DNA of 64,000 bases from Isurus oxyrinchus (GCA_026770705.1 JANJGN010000036.1:3658001-3722000), one strand, 5' to 3'; positions 24,572 to 36,179 are shown, numbered from the stretch's first letter. Numbers and translations: made by a program. The notes: generated by a model not told the origin, from the letters alone.

Positions 24572-25720
24572 TCTGTGTCACTTTCTGTATCTTGAAGCTT
24601 CCATTTGGAGATGTAAATCTGTCAGTTGATGAATTTTGTCTTGAAAATTTCACCCTGAATAGTGTGAGCCTTAGTATTGTGGAAATGTGTGAAGAGAGTG
24701 TTTGCATTCACATAGTTCTACGTTGTGAAATGTGAGTTATCTTTGAAGCAATAGGATGTAGGGCCAGGGAGTCTGAATGGACTATCAGGTTTTGGTTGAT
24801 TAAAGAATGAATTTTAATGATGTCCTTTGCAGGAGCCGTTTACTGTAAATGCCCTGAGATAATGAAATGCTTCAGATCTGTTCCCAGCAAATTTTCCCGA
24901 AAAAATAATGGTTTCCCAATGTCTTAATAACTTTCCAATTCTTCAGACCCATGACGGGGGCCAGAGATATTGTAAGATACAGATCATAAGATGCCAGAGA
25001 ATCACAGAATTGAAGTTGTGGGGCCCTCTCATCTTTCAGAATGTCAGTTTTGATGCTTTAATCTGTGAACCTGGGCTAATGATTCAGAAAGCAGTATGTT
25101 CCAATCCCGCTCTTTGAGGTTGTGAATTTGAATTCTGAATTTTCTAAAATTGAATCTGGAATTAAAAACATCCGGGATGGAATGATTCTCATTCTGTCTG
25201 CTGCTGCAAAGCCCGTGTGTGTGTCTCAGTTTCTCTGTTTTTATTTACGATTTAAGATAATGGGATAGAATGCTACAAGTTTGCTAAAGGGCACAAAAAG
25301 AGGCAGCATTGTTAGCATTGTAGCTGGAAGCTTCAAATTCCACAGAGATATGAATGCCTTAAGTGATTGGGTGAAATATTGAAAGATGGATTTCATTGTA
25401 GGCAAATGTGTGGTCGCTCACTTTAAAAAGGTTGGAACAGATTACATTATAAATGATGAAAGGCTGCAAACAGTGGGGATCAAGAGAGACTTGGGTGCCA
25501 CTGTCCATTTGTGCCATTGCAAAGAAAACTTCAAACCGTTATAATGAGAAATTAAATGTGAACAATGGGGTAAAGCTGGTTAACAACTCATGCTAGATTC
25601 CATGAATCAGCCTCTGTAACCTGCACTTCAGCACATCACAAGAAAAATGATATTTTCAACGGTTCATGATTTGAATCAATCATTCTGCATTAAAACCCCA
25701 CTGAATCCCTCGATTAGATT
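24572..25720 (+). repeat. Paralog of block 6700-7840
   Basis: Colinear similarity as above. Confidence 0.9.
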
Positions 25721-25920
25721 CTGGTCCGTAACTCACTCCCAGGTATCTTCTATCCTATATTTAAACCATCACCGGAACCTTTGATTAGATTCCAGTCTGT
25801 AACTCAGTCCCGGGTATCCGTTCTTCTATATATAAACCACCCCAAGCCTCTCTATTAGATTCCAGTCTGTAACTCACTCCCAGGTATACGTTATTCTATG
25901 TATTAACCAGCCAGAACCCA
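25692..25920 (+). repeat. Short (~3-unit) array of the 70-bp satellite monomer
   Basis: gattagattc..gtc.gtaactca.tccc.ggtat repeated three times. Confidence 0.9.
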
Positions 25921-25934
25921 TCTAGCTGCAGCTG

Positions 25935-26418
25935 TTCTGGTAGTGTTTGATGGGGACAGTGTAGAGGGAGATTTACTCTGTATCTAACCCCGTGCTGCAC
26001 CTGTCCTGGAGTGTTTGATGGGGACAGTGTAGAGGGAACTTTACTCTGTATCTAACCCCGTACTGCACCTGTCCTGGGGTATTTGATGGAGACAGTGTAG
26101 AGGGAGCGTTACTCTGTATCTAAACCCATGCTGTAACTGTCCTGGGAGTGTTTGATGGGGACAGTGTAGAAGGAAAAACTTCTACACACAAAAGGTTGTG
26201 GATGTTTGGAACTGCCCTCACCAATTGTAGTTGATGCTGAGTCAATTTTAAATTTTCAAATCTATGATAGACCTGATCTGATGCCTTCCATAAATCCAAA
26301 TATGCCTCTATTCCTCTCTCTCCTTGCTCAATGTGTATATGTTTGTGTGTGTATGTGTGTGTGTGCCTCTTTCTGTGTGTATCTGTTTCAATGGGTGCAT
26401 CTGTGTATGTGTGTTTGT

Positions 26419-26466
<48 letters not shown>

Positions 26467-27835
26467 ATGTGAGCGTGTCCCTATTGCTCTCTCCCGTACT
26501 CTGGAAGCCTTCACATACATCATTTGGCCATTTTCAGTTGGCTCATGGTGGCCATTTTCTACACCAAAATTCTGTTTTACCACAGCAAGTCTTCCTTAAT
26601 ATTGTACACCAACTGATCGGACAATGTAACGGAGCTTGAGGCTCTGTATAACCCTGTATTGTACCTGTTCTCCAAGTGTCTGATGGAAAGTGAAGAGGAA
26701 GGTTTACTCTGTTTCTTACATGTGCTGCACCTGTCATGGGCATCTTTGAAAGGGAGATTGTAGAGGGAGCTTTATTCGGTCCTATACCTGTCCTGTGAGT
26801 GTTTGATAGGGACAGTGTAGAAGGAGCCTTACTCTGTATCGTCCTTGTCCTGCAAGTGTTTGAGAGGAGATTGTGAAGAGAAATTTATTCTGTATTTGAA
26901 CGGACAGTGTAGAGGGAGCTTGACATTCTATATAACCTTGTGTTATTTCTTTACTGCAAGTATCTGATGGGAGAGTGAAAAGGAAGGTTTACCCATTTTC
27001 TTACGTGTCCTGGGCATGTATGAATGGGAGGTTGTAGAGGGAGCTTTACTCTGTACTGTACCTGTCCTGGGAGTGATTGAAAGAGATTATACAGGGAATT
27101 TACTTTGTTGCTAACCATGTGCTGTTCCTGCCTTGGGACTGATTGTTGGGACATTTTAGAGGGAGATTTACTCTGTACATAACCATGTGCTCTAACCCTC
27201 CAGGGACTGATTATGTGTGACCCTCTAAAGGGAACTTTTACCTGTACCTAACCCCGTACTATATCAGCCTGGGGAGCATTTGAGGATACAGTGTAGAGAG
27301 AATTTTATTCCATATCCAACAGCGTGCTGTGCCTGACATGTCCTGGGAGTGTTTGATGTGACAGTTTAGAGGGAGTTAACTCTGTGTTTAACCCCATGCT
27401 GTAACTGTGCTGGGAGTGTTTTATGGGGTCGGTGTAGAGAGAGATTTCCTCTGTATCTAACACTGTGCTGTATCTATCCTGGGAGTGTTTGATGGGACAG
27501 TGTAGAGGGAGCTTTACTCTGTATCAAACCCTGTGCTGTACCTGTCCTGGGAGTGTTTGATGTGTTAGCGTAGAGTTAGTTTTGTTCAGTATCTATCCCT
27601 GTGCAGTGCCAGCCCTGGGAGTTCTTCCTGGGAACAGTGTAGAGAGAGGTTACTCTGTATCTAGCCCCATGCTGTACTTGTCCTGGGAGTGTTTGATGGG
27701 GACGGTATAGAGGGATATTAACTCTGTATCGAACCCTGTGCTGTACCTGTCTTTGGAGTGTTTAATAGAGACAGCGAAAGGGAGCTTTACTTTGTAGTTA
27801 ACCTCGTGCTGTATCATCCCTTGGGGTATTTGATC
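25935..27835 (+). repeat. 69-bp minisatellite arrays (25935-26175 and degenerate 26640-27835) with an intervening (TG)n tract
   Basis: Recurrent gacagtgtagagggagctttactctgtatctaacc motif. Confidence 0.88.
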
Positions 27836-27839
27836 GCAA

Positions 27840-28420
27840 CATTCTCATCCAACATGAAAGCATTCCACAGAGCAGGGCTCACAAATTGAAAATGTGTTTC
27901 CTTGTTTGATTCTTTCTGGTCTGTTCTGATACTCTGATAGGTTCCTGGTGCTTATCCTCCACATGAGCAGTTGTCCTAATCCTGTGTAGTTGTCCTGCTC
28001 CCAAACACGGTATCTGACTCCAATAAGGCAATTAATACAGGAGCGTCTCAGTGAGTGAGACAGGTGAGTCTTGAGCCTGACCCGGGTGTATGTGAGTGAC
28101 CCGGGTTAATCCGACACTCCAGGGACAGTTAAGACAGTTTCAATGCTACACAGCTTTGCCAGAATGAGCCCTGGATGCCAAGGGTTAAATTACAAAGTGA
28201 GATTGCACAAACCCGGGTTGTATTCCCTGAAATTTAGCAGCATCAGGTGTGATTTGATCAAGCTGTCACAGTATGAGCCCTTTTCTTGTGCAACAAGCTT
28301 TCATCATACACCTTATGGAATCCTTCTTGAAAATCCAAGTATCCTTCCATCACCAGCTCTCGGTCTCTCGCTCACCCTCTCGGGCTGTATCTCTCTCAGC
28401 ATCTCTCTGTCTGATGTATA
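27840..28420 (+). repeat. ~590-bp duplicated block (paralog 30290-30880; partial third copy 51645-51890) containing a 123-bp exon-like unit
   Basis: Colinear from acattct.a.ccaaca..aaagcattccaca to cgggctgtatctctctca. Confidence 0.88.
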
Positions 28421-28533
28421 AAATTTTAAACCTCTTCGCAGCTGCATTCACACAATACAGACAGCAATTTGTGTTAGATTTTGGAAATAATGTAAATGTT
28501 GTCAAACTCAGCACGCAGGGAAACATCTTAAAT

Positions 28534-28690
28534 CGGAGAAGGGATCCCCTCCATCTTAAAGGTGGAGTAGGGATCTCCCTCCATCTTAAAGCTGGAGAAG
28601 GGAATTCCTTCCATTTTCAAGATGGAGAAGGGATCTCCCTCCATTTTAAACTTTGATAAGGGATCTCCCTCCATTTTTAATATTGAGGGT
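28534..28690. repeat. 30-bp minisatellite (ggagaagggatctccctccattttaaagat); other arrays at 20908-21030, 45460-45705 and 48846-48990
   Basis: Direct tandem periodicity. Confidence 0.9.
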
Positions 28691-28709
28691 AGTTCTTGCT
28701 CTATTTCGG

Positions 28710-29670
28710 TCCCTCTCTCTCTCTTTTTCTCCCTCTCTCATTGTATGTTTTACCTTCTCTCAAGTCGCCTCCCTGACTCTTTCTCTCACTACTCACCAAA
28801 CCTCTTCTTCTTCTCTCACCCCTTCTCTCCCTCTCCCTCTCGTGCCATCCCTCTTCTCTCTCTCCCCTGTCTGTTTCTTTCATTCTCTCATCCCAACACA
28901 TTTCCTCTCTTTCACCCTGACTATGTCTCTATCTCTCTATTTCTCTCTCTTGCTCTGTCTCTGTGTGTGTCTCTCTCTCTCTTCCTCTTGCCCAATTTTT
29001 CGCTCACATCGCATCTCTTTTTCTCTCTTGCATCTCTCTCTGTCTCTCCCTGCCTCTTTCCCCTTTCCCCTCTCTCACTCCTGCTCTGTCTCTCTCTCTC
29101 TCACCTTGTCTCGTGCCTTCTCTCTATCCAGCCCCATTTCTCTGCCACCCTCTACCCCTTAATTCTGTTTCTCTTTCTAGCTCAACTCACTCCTTTAGCT
29201 ATCAAACCTTCCCCTCCATCTGTCTCTCTCTCTCACCACATCTATTCTTCTGTCACTTAGTCACCTCTCTTTATCTCTCTCCTTCACCCCGTCTCTCTGC
29301 CTCCCTTTACCTCTCAACCAGTCTCTCTGTCACTCTCCCTCTGGCCCTGTCTCTCTCTCTTTCTTGCCCATTCTCTCTCTGTTTCTCTCTTTCTTTCTCC
29401 CTCTCCCTTTCCCTGTCCCTTTTAATCGAAAATTGGATGTGAAGCTGAAGAGAAAATATTTTCAGGGTGACAGAGAAATGGCGGAAGAGTGCATTGTACA
29501 GTATGTGTGAGTGTGTCTCTGTGAGTGTGTATATGTGTCTGCCAGTGCGTGTCTGTTTATATGCATCTGCATGTGCCACTGTGTCTGTCTGTGGGTGTGT
29601 GTGTGCGTGTGTGTGTGTGTCTGTGGGTGTCTGTGTGTGTCTGTCTTTTTGTGTCTGTCGTGTCTTCTGA
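28710..29670. repeat. CT-rich then TG-rich low-complexity tracts
   Basis: Composition; source of spurious S/L- and V/C-rich ORFs. Confidence 0.9.
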
Positions 29671-29764
29671 CGTATCTCCCAGTCTCCTGTCACTTCCTGC
29701 CCTGCCTGCTGAAGACATCTAAAGAATTCAGTTTAAACACAACCTCATTTCCCTCCCTCCGCTC

Positions 29765-30290
29765 TGTACTCTGTATCTAACCCGTGCTGTCTCAGTCCTG
29801 TGTGTGATTGATGAGGAGAGTGTCAATCTCATGTGGAGTGAGATTTACTCTGTATATAACCCCGTGCTGTACCTGTCCTGGGAGTGTTCTGAACTATGTA
29901 AGCTGCTTCTTACCCTTTGCTGTACCTGGCCTGAGAGTGTTTGATGTGCACTGGTTAGTGGCAATTTTACCTGTCTGTAATCCCATGCTGTAACAGCTCT
30001 GGGAGTTTTTAAGGGGTCAGTGTAGGTAGACATTCATTCTGTATCTAACTCTGCGCTGTACTTGTCTGGTGAGTGTTTGATGGGGACAGTGTTGAGGGAC
30101 TTTTACACTGTATCGAACCCCATGCTCTACCTGCCCTGGTTGTGTTTGGTGTGCCCTGTGGAGAGGGAGCTTTACTCTATATCTAATCCCATGCTATACC
30201 TCTCCTGGGAGTGTTTGATGGGGACAGTGCAGATGGAAATTTACTCTTTACTTAACCTCATGCTGTACCATCTCTGGGGTATTTGATGGT
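29765..30290 (+). repeat. 69-bp minisatellite, degenerate, ~7 units
   Basis: Same motif as 24290-24530. Confidence 0.85.
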
Positions 30291-31914
30291 GACATTCTTA
30301 CCCAACACAAAAGCATTCCACAAAGCAGGGCTGACAAATTGAACATGAGTTTCTGGGTTTCCTTGTTTGATTCTTCCTGGTCTGTTCTGATTCTCTGATA
30401 GTTTTGTGGTGCTTATCCTCCACATGAGCAGTCATTCTAATCCCTGGTACCTGCTCTGCTCCCAAACATGGCATCCCACTACAATAAGGCAGGTGATACA
30501 GGAACGTCTCAGTGAGTGAGACATGTGAGTCTTGAGCCTGACCCAGATGTATGTGAGTGACCCGGGTTAATCTGACACTCCAGGGACAGTTTAGGCAGTT
30601 TGAGTGCATCACACCTTTGGCAGAATGAGACCTGGATTCCAAGGGTTAAATGACAAAGTGAGATTGCACAGTCTCGGGTTGTATTCCCTGAAATTTAGCA
30701 GCATCAGGGGTGATTTGACCAAGGTGTCACACTATGAACCCTATTCCTGTGTAACTACCTTTCATCAGACACCTTAGGGAATCCCTTTTGAAAATCCAAG
30801 TATCCATCCATCACTAGCTCTCTGTCTCTCGCTCACCCTTTCGGGCTGTATCTCTCTCACTATCTCTGTCTGATGTTTAAAATTTTTCTCTCACCTCATT
30901 TTGGATGTGTGGGAATAGCAATTGTGAAACAATATTCTAAATCTGCTTTAATTGTATTTACTGCGCCTGTTCGCAACTTGTCAGAGACAGAGAAAGAGAG
31001 AGAGAGAGAGAAGGGGCGAGGAAGCAAGAGAGGGAAGGAGAGATTGAGTTAGAAATGGAGAGGGAGAGAGAAGAGGGTGAATATGAGGCGTGGGGTGAGG
31101 GAGGAGAGAAAGAGAGAAGTACAGAGAGAGAGAGAAGGAAGTATAGACGGACGGAGAGTGAGGAGAAACTTCCATGGAAATCCCATAGTCTGATCAGTGA
31201 TCTCCTTCAGAATTACAATCACATCAAACAGGATTTCCCTTTAACAAAACTATACTAGCATCCACTGCTCAGTTCACATTGCTGAAGACTCCATCCACCC
31301 TATCCTTAATGACAGATTCTAAAAGCTCCCCCACAACTGGCGATACACTGAGATGTCCGTGGTTACCTGGTCATCCTTTGCCCCACCCCTCTTAAACCTT
31401 TCAGGATCGGAAAGAATGTGTATAGATCCCAACACCTCATTACATAAAGCATCGATTGGAAGGGGCGCAGTACAGATTAACCATCGTGTTAATGGGAGTC
31501 CATGGTTTAAATTACGAGGGGGAGTTACATAGTTTGGCTTCCCTGAACTGGGGATTATTAAGGGAGGATATGATAGGGATTTTGAGCATTTGGGAAAAAA
31601 ATGAAGGGATAAATAGAGAGAAGATACTCACTTTATAAGGGGCAACGTCCAAAACCAGGAGACAAGTCTTTAAAATGAATAAATCCAGTGGGGAATTCAG
31701 GAGAAACTTATTAAACTAGAGAGTGGTTAGAATGAGGAATTCTGTCCCCAAGGAGAGGTTGAGGCGGACGCACAGACACATATTTCCCTATTTCTCTTTT
31801 ATGTAATTCTATGCATTATTGCCTGAGCTGCCATTATTCTCTATTGGTCCTCTCAATGTCCCTTTAAGTGTTGGATAATAATGGAGAACTTTAAGTTCAT
31901 GGCTGTATTTCATG

Positions 31915-32082
31915 TTTATTCAGAGCTTCTGTTCACAAACAGTACATGGTCGTTGTCTAAAGAGGGAATTTATTCCCATTCTACAAGCAGAGGGAATTTA
32001 CACAAAGGATACTGGGGACAATTCGACAGGATATTTCGAGTCACAAAGTCGAACACTCATTTCACTCGCTTCCGATTTTATT
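31915..32082 (-). terminator. Candidate polyadenylation signals of the IgL gene (AATAAA at 32077-32082, 31969-31974, 31915-31920)
   Basis: tttatt on the + strand 145-310 bp downstream of the C-exon stop. Confidence 0.6.
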
Positions 32083-32227
32083 CAACATTCAGGTTGTTCG
32101 CCAAAACCTGAAATTGCCACAGCCACTACATTGCAGTAAAAAAGAGGCACAAATTTGCACACATGGAATCTTCTGCGGAATTACATGAAAGATGAATAAA
32201 TGAAACTCTAACTCCAACAAAAGTCTC

Positions 32228-32556
32228 TCAGAGTGAGCAATCGCTGAAGCTGATGGTGTTGAGAAGGGGTGAGTTCAGGGAGCCGTGGCTGACACTGCAG
32301 GAATATCTGGAGCCCTTCTTCCAGTCAGTGGCTGGGACTCTCAGGTAACTGCTCAGGCTGTAGGTTTGATCGCTGTCTGGGGACACGACGCTTGTCCTCA
32401 CTCCGCTGTCTGTCTCTTTGCCATCCACACTCCAGAGGACCCGCACGAAACCCGGCTTAAAGCCACTCACCAGGCAGGACAGAGTGGCCGAGCCCGAGTC
32501 TATCTCTTTCGAGGAAGGGGGGAGAAGAAGGACGGATGGCCTTCGATCCTCAGTAC
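32228..32556 (-). CDS. IGLC: Ig light chain constant (C) exon, cartilaginous-fish type I / NS5 / sigma-cart-like
   Basis: Acceptor ctctctcacacacacag|GT (phase 1). (S)TEDRRPSVLLLPPSSKEIDSGSATLSCLVSGFKPGFVRVLWSVDG...TYSLSSYLRVPATDWKKGSRYSCSVSHGSLNSPLLNTISFSDCSL*: C1-set Cys/Trp/YxCxVxH and a near-terminal Cys for H-L linkage. Closely resembles my recollection of horn shark type I CL. Confidence 0.97.
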
Positions 32557-33230
32557 CTGTGTGTGTGAGAGAGTACAGAAAATATATTAATATAAAGAAC
32601 ACTGACCTGTGCGTTTGTGAGAGAGAGAGGGGAGAATGCCCCTTAACGTATAGAAAACGCTGACGTGTGTCTGAGAAAGAGAGGGAAAAATCTATACTAT
32701 ATAGGAGGGTTCGACCTGTCTGTGTCTTTGAAAGAAAATTCATTCACATAACATTCGTATCTATGTGTGCATATGTGAGTGTGTGAGAGAGAGAAATAAA
32801 TAAATCATTAATATATAGAACACTCTGACCTGTGTTTATGTGTGTGCGTGAGAGAGAGAGGGGGACGGAGAGGGGAGAATGTGAGAGAAAGAGAAAGAAA
32901 GAGAGAAAGAGAAAGTTCTATAATATGTAGAACACTGAACAGTACGTACGTGAGAGAGGAAAAGAAAATGCATTCATATATAGANNNNNNNNNNNNNNNN
33001 NNNNNNNNNNNNNNNNNNNNNNNNNNNNNNNNNNNNNNNNNNNNNNNNNNNNNNNNNNNNNNNNNNNNNNNNNNNNNNNNNNNNNNNNNNNNNNNNNNNN
33101 NNNNNNNNNNNNNNNNNNNNNNNNNNNNNNNNNNNNNNNNNNNNNNNNNNNTTCATTAATATAAAGCAAACTCTGACCTGTGCGTGTGTGTGAGAAAAAA
33201 TCTCATTAATACATAGATCTCGCTGATCTG
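32557..33230. repeat. ~50-55-bp degenerate minisatellite in the J-C intron (contains the N gap)
   Basis: gacctgtg..gtgagagag motif recurs at ~32555, 32605, 32662, 32714, 32827, 32937 and 33175. Confidence 0.7.
32985..33151. other. Assembly gap (167 N)
   Basis: Run of N. Confidence 1.
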
Positions 33231-33875
33231 AAATCGGACTGGACGTCAAAAGTCAATCACGAATCATTTTAACTTTAACTTAAATTATTGATTAATTCAC
33301 GTGATCCAACAACTTTTTATATCCATAATTCCCTGTCCAATCTTAAAATCCCTTTGCTGACATTGTAACAGTGACTAGGTGAAAAATAGTTCGTTGCTTA
33401 TTAATCTTTTGGGCGCCTTGGGGGGCGTTGGAGGCTCTGGAAGAAACTCAAAGAATCAGAGGCTGACCCCTCAAAATAAGAGGTCATGCGGCTCCTCACG
33501 CCTCTGCTAGTTCTTGTAAGAGCTTTCCAAGTAATCCCACTCATCGCCTCTGCTTGCAAAGCCCTGCAAATTTTCCCTTTCAAGTATTTATCGACTTCCA
33601 CTTTTGAAAGTATCTATAGAATTTACATCCACCTGCCTTTCTAGCAGCCTGTTCTTTCATAATTTAATTTATAATTTGACCCTGATTCTCTGTTTCGTTA
33701 TATTCTCCCGGTGCAGTTCAATTCCAAGTCTGATTCAGTTAACAATTCTGGATATAAATTGATCAGATCCAAAATTCATGAAATGGGGATTTGACATCCG
33801 CTGGAGAATGATGTCGCCTCTAAATTACTAATAATTGAAACAATATGAGTTTGAGAGTGAGGGGGAATCACTTAC

Positions 33876-33912
33876 TCCGAACATTCAAGGTGGTCCCACC
33901 TCCGAAGATCCA
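33876..33912 (-). CDS. IGLJ: Ig light chain J segment
   Basis: TGG ATC TTC GGA GGT GGG ACC ACC TTG AAT GTT CGG A|GTAAGT = WIFGGGTTLNVR; FGxG motif; phase-1 donor compatible with the C exon. Confidence 0.96.
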
Positions 33913-33951
33913 CACAGAACGGCGGTGCAATCGGACGGGTCACCTAAAACT
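33913..33951 (+). promoter_or_regulatory. J recombination signal sequence, 23-bp spacer (non-consensus)
   Basis: Heptamer CACAGAA 33913-33919 abutting J, spacer 33920-33942, nonamer CCTAAAACT 33943-33951. Confidence 0.85.
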
Positions 33952-34270
33952 CAGGCTGCGGGGAAAAGTACAGGATGAAATATTAATAACCTCTCTTTTA
34001 TCACATTCCATGTCACATTCTGCCTTTCACATGGTCTAGAACACAGAGAACAAGAGAGATATTTCAAAAATAGCGTGAAACCCCGATAATATTCATCGTT
34101 ACTGACCAGGGTAATATTGAGAACCGCTATTGAGAAAATGCAAATTAACCCTTGAAATCACAGTTAAATTTCTCAAGAACTTACACAAGGAACACTTTGG
34201 AAGTTAATGACATATTCTCGGCCAGGAACACTGCAGCTGCTGTTGTAATTCTGAGCGGTTTTCTACATAC

Positions 34271-34298
34271 AGTTTTTGTATGGCTCTGTCTCACTGTG
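34271..34298 (-). promoter_or_regulatory. V recombination signal sequence, 12-bp spacer
   Basis: CACAGTG-agacagagccat-ACAAAAACT directly after the V coding end. Confidence 0.97.
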
Positions 34299-34624
34299 CA
34301 AGCCTGCTGAGCTATCCCAGACCGAACAGTAATAGACGGCGGAGTCACCGGACTCCAGGCTTCCAATGGTCAGAATGAAATTGTTCCTGGAGGTGTCTCT
34401 CGAAGGTTGGAAACGGTCGGTGAAGCCGGTGCCTCGAGAGACGCTGCCATCTTTGCTGTGCTTTAGCACCCAGACGGGAGCTTCACCGGGTCGCTGCCGG
34501 TACCAGCGCACATTGTAGCTGCCCACATTCCCGTTCTGCATCCCGCACTGTAATCGGGCGGTCTGACCAGCGAAGACTGGGTCGGAAATTGGGGACTGAT
34601 TGAGGACGGGAACCGCCAGGACAC
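34299..34624 (-). CDS. IGLV: Ig light chain V exon (L-part 2 + V), type I / sigma-cart-like, unrearranged
   Basis: Acceptor tttttaattgaag|GT. GVLAVPVLNQSPISDPVFAGQTARLQC...WYRQRPGEAPVWVL...DRFQPSRDTSRNNFILTIGSLESGDSAVYYCSVWDSSAGL; canonical Cys/Trp/YYC, long CDR2, no stops. Confidence 0.97.
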
Positions 34625-34771
34625 CTTCAATTAAAAAGAGACAAAAGAAAACATTCAATAACCTGAAGCAAATCTGTCGTTAATACATCAATAAACATGG
34701 GTCTTAAACCGGAAAGTTCTCGGTGTTTAACGGATTCGCTGTAATCAAAACCCGCTCCTCCAATATCTGAC

Positions 34772-34820
34772 CTGTTAGATGGAGCATCAGAGCCCACAAG
34801 AGATGCAGCACTGGAGCCAT
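34772..34820 (-). CDS. Ig light chain leader exon
   Basis: ATG at 34820, MAPVLHLLWALMLHLT+G, donor CAG|GTCAGA; 147-bp phase-1 intron to the V exon. Confidence 0.92.
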
Positions 34821-34935
34821 TTCCTCTGGAGAAGCGCCAACAGCAGCCCGCCAAAATTTCCCACTGTACCGGTTGTTGTCAACTCCGAGAGGGGCTCCGG
34901 TTCCAGTGCCAGTTATACCGGACACTCCAGCTCCA

Positions 34936-34956
34936 TTTATTAAGCGGAATGCAAAT
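34936..34956 (-). promoter_or_regulatory. IgL V promoter: octamer ATTTGCAT (34949-34956) and TATA-like TTAATAAA (34936-34943)
   Basis: Octamer in light-chain orientation ~130 bp upstream of the ATG, followed by a TATA-like element. Confidence 0.88.
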
Positions 34957-35379
34957 GAGTGGGAGCGGCCAGGGAAACGGTGCAGGCAAATTTACATTTC
35001 GAGGCTTTTTTTTTTGGCTGGTAAAATTATTGTTAAAATGTTTAATCTGCAATTGGAATTTCCGGTTTGGGAAGATTCCAATATTTCTAAGATCTTTATA
35101 TATATGTGTGTAAGTGTGTCTGTGTGTGTGTGTATAAATATGTACATATATAAATGTATGTGTGTGTGTATATATATATAAATATATTTGAAGATTAACT
35201 AATTTCATTGTTACATAATAATTTAACAAATATGCATTTGCTTTCAAATTAATATCTCCCGCAAACCCATCTATCAAGAATTTAATGCCCCCCAAGTAAT
35301 TGATACAAATTAGATTGAATTTCACTTTTAGAAAGACGAATCAAAACTCAGTGTGGAGACATTGCGATGTACACCAGGC

Positions 35380-35720
35380 AGATTTGCAGTCATGGCGGAG
35401 CCTTAGTGAAACATATAATATTCTGGGGGGCGATGGGATTTGACAGGACAGGTGCTGCGAGAATGTTTCCCTTTGTGGGGAATACAGGACTAGGGGTCAC
35501 AATTTCAAATTAGATTTAGAAATTAGATGGAGTTTCATCTGCCACCAGTGGAGACTGGGTCATTGTCTATGTTCAAAGCTGAGTTATTTACAAGGGAGTC
35601 AAGGGTTATGGGGGCAGGCAGGTAAGTAGAGTTGAAACAACAACCAGATCAGCCATGATCTTATTGCCTGGTGGAATGAGCTTGAGGGGCTGAATAGCTG
35701 ACTCCTGCATGTGTCCTTAT
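35380..35720 (+). mobile_element. CR1-like LINE 3' fragment
   Basis: ...gatcagccatgatcttattg...gagcttgaggggctgaatagctgactcctgc; same 3'UTR type as 43770-43851. Confidence 0.65.
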
Positions 35721-36179
35721 GTCCCAGAAACTTCTGACCCTGCCGTCATTTAAGTCACACCGGGATTGCATGGAGAACTACACACATTAATATGAAGCAA
35801 TGGAAAGGCAAACTTTCATTTTAAAATATTGTGCCAACTTTTAACCGCCGTGTAGTGCTTTAGAATGAGCAACTCAGGCTATGCTGTATCAAATTCCCTC
35901 TGCTCAGTATCAGGATCTATAATGTCGCTTTCCCCCTCCCTATGCAGAGTTATTCAATCTCTCTGGGAGTTTCAGCTACTTAATTAAGAATCTGGTTTTC
36001 AGAAGATTGAATTAGCTGCTTTTCATGGAGCGTTATAAAGACGCCTTCCTCAGTACTGTTTCACTCCACATTGAGAGCTGGTGAATGAGAGAGTTATAAA
36101 CGTTAATTTCTATCTAAGTGGAGACTGTTTCCCTTGTTTTTCCCTTTAATTTAGCATTCAAGTAACTTTACTCCATAGT

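Noticed and set aside
24290-30290. Cryptic RSS arrays in the 69-bp minisatellite (gacagtg)
   Set aside because: The heptamer lacks the essential CAC and there is no nonamer at 12/23 spacing.
32557-32743. N-terminal extension of the 171-aa ORF as part of the C protein (likewise 34625-34658 for V)
   Set aside because: Intronic read-through upstream of clear splice acceptors.
33876-34624. Germline-joined VJ gene
   Set aside because: V and J are separated by 386 bp with both RSSs present.
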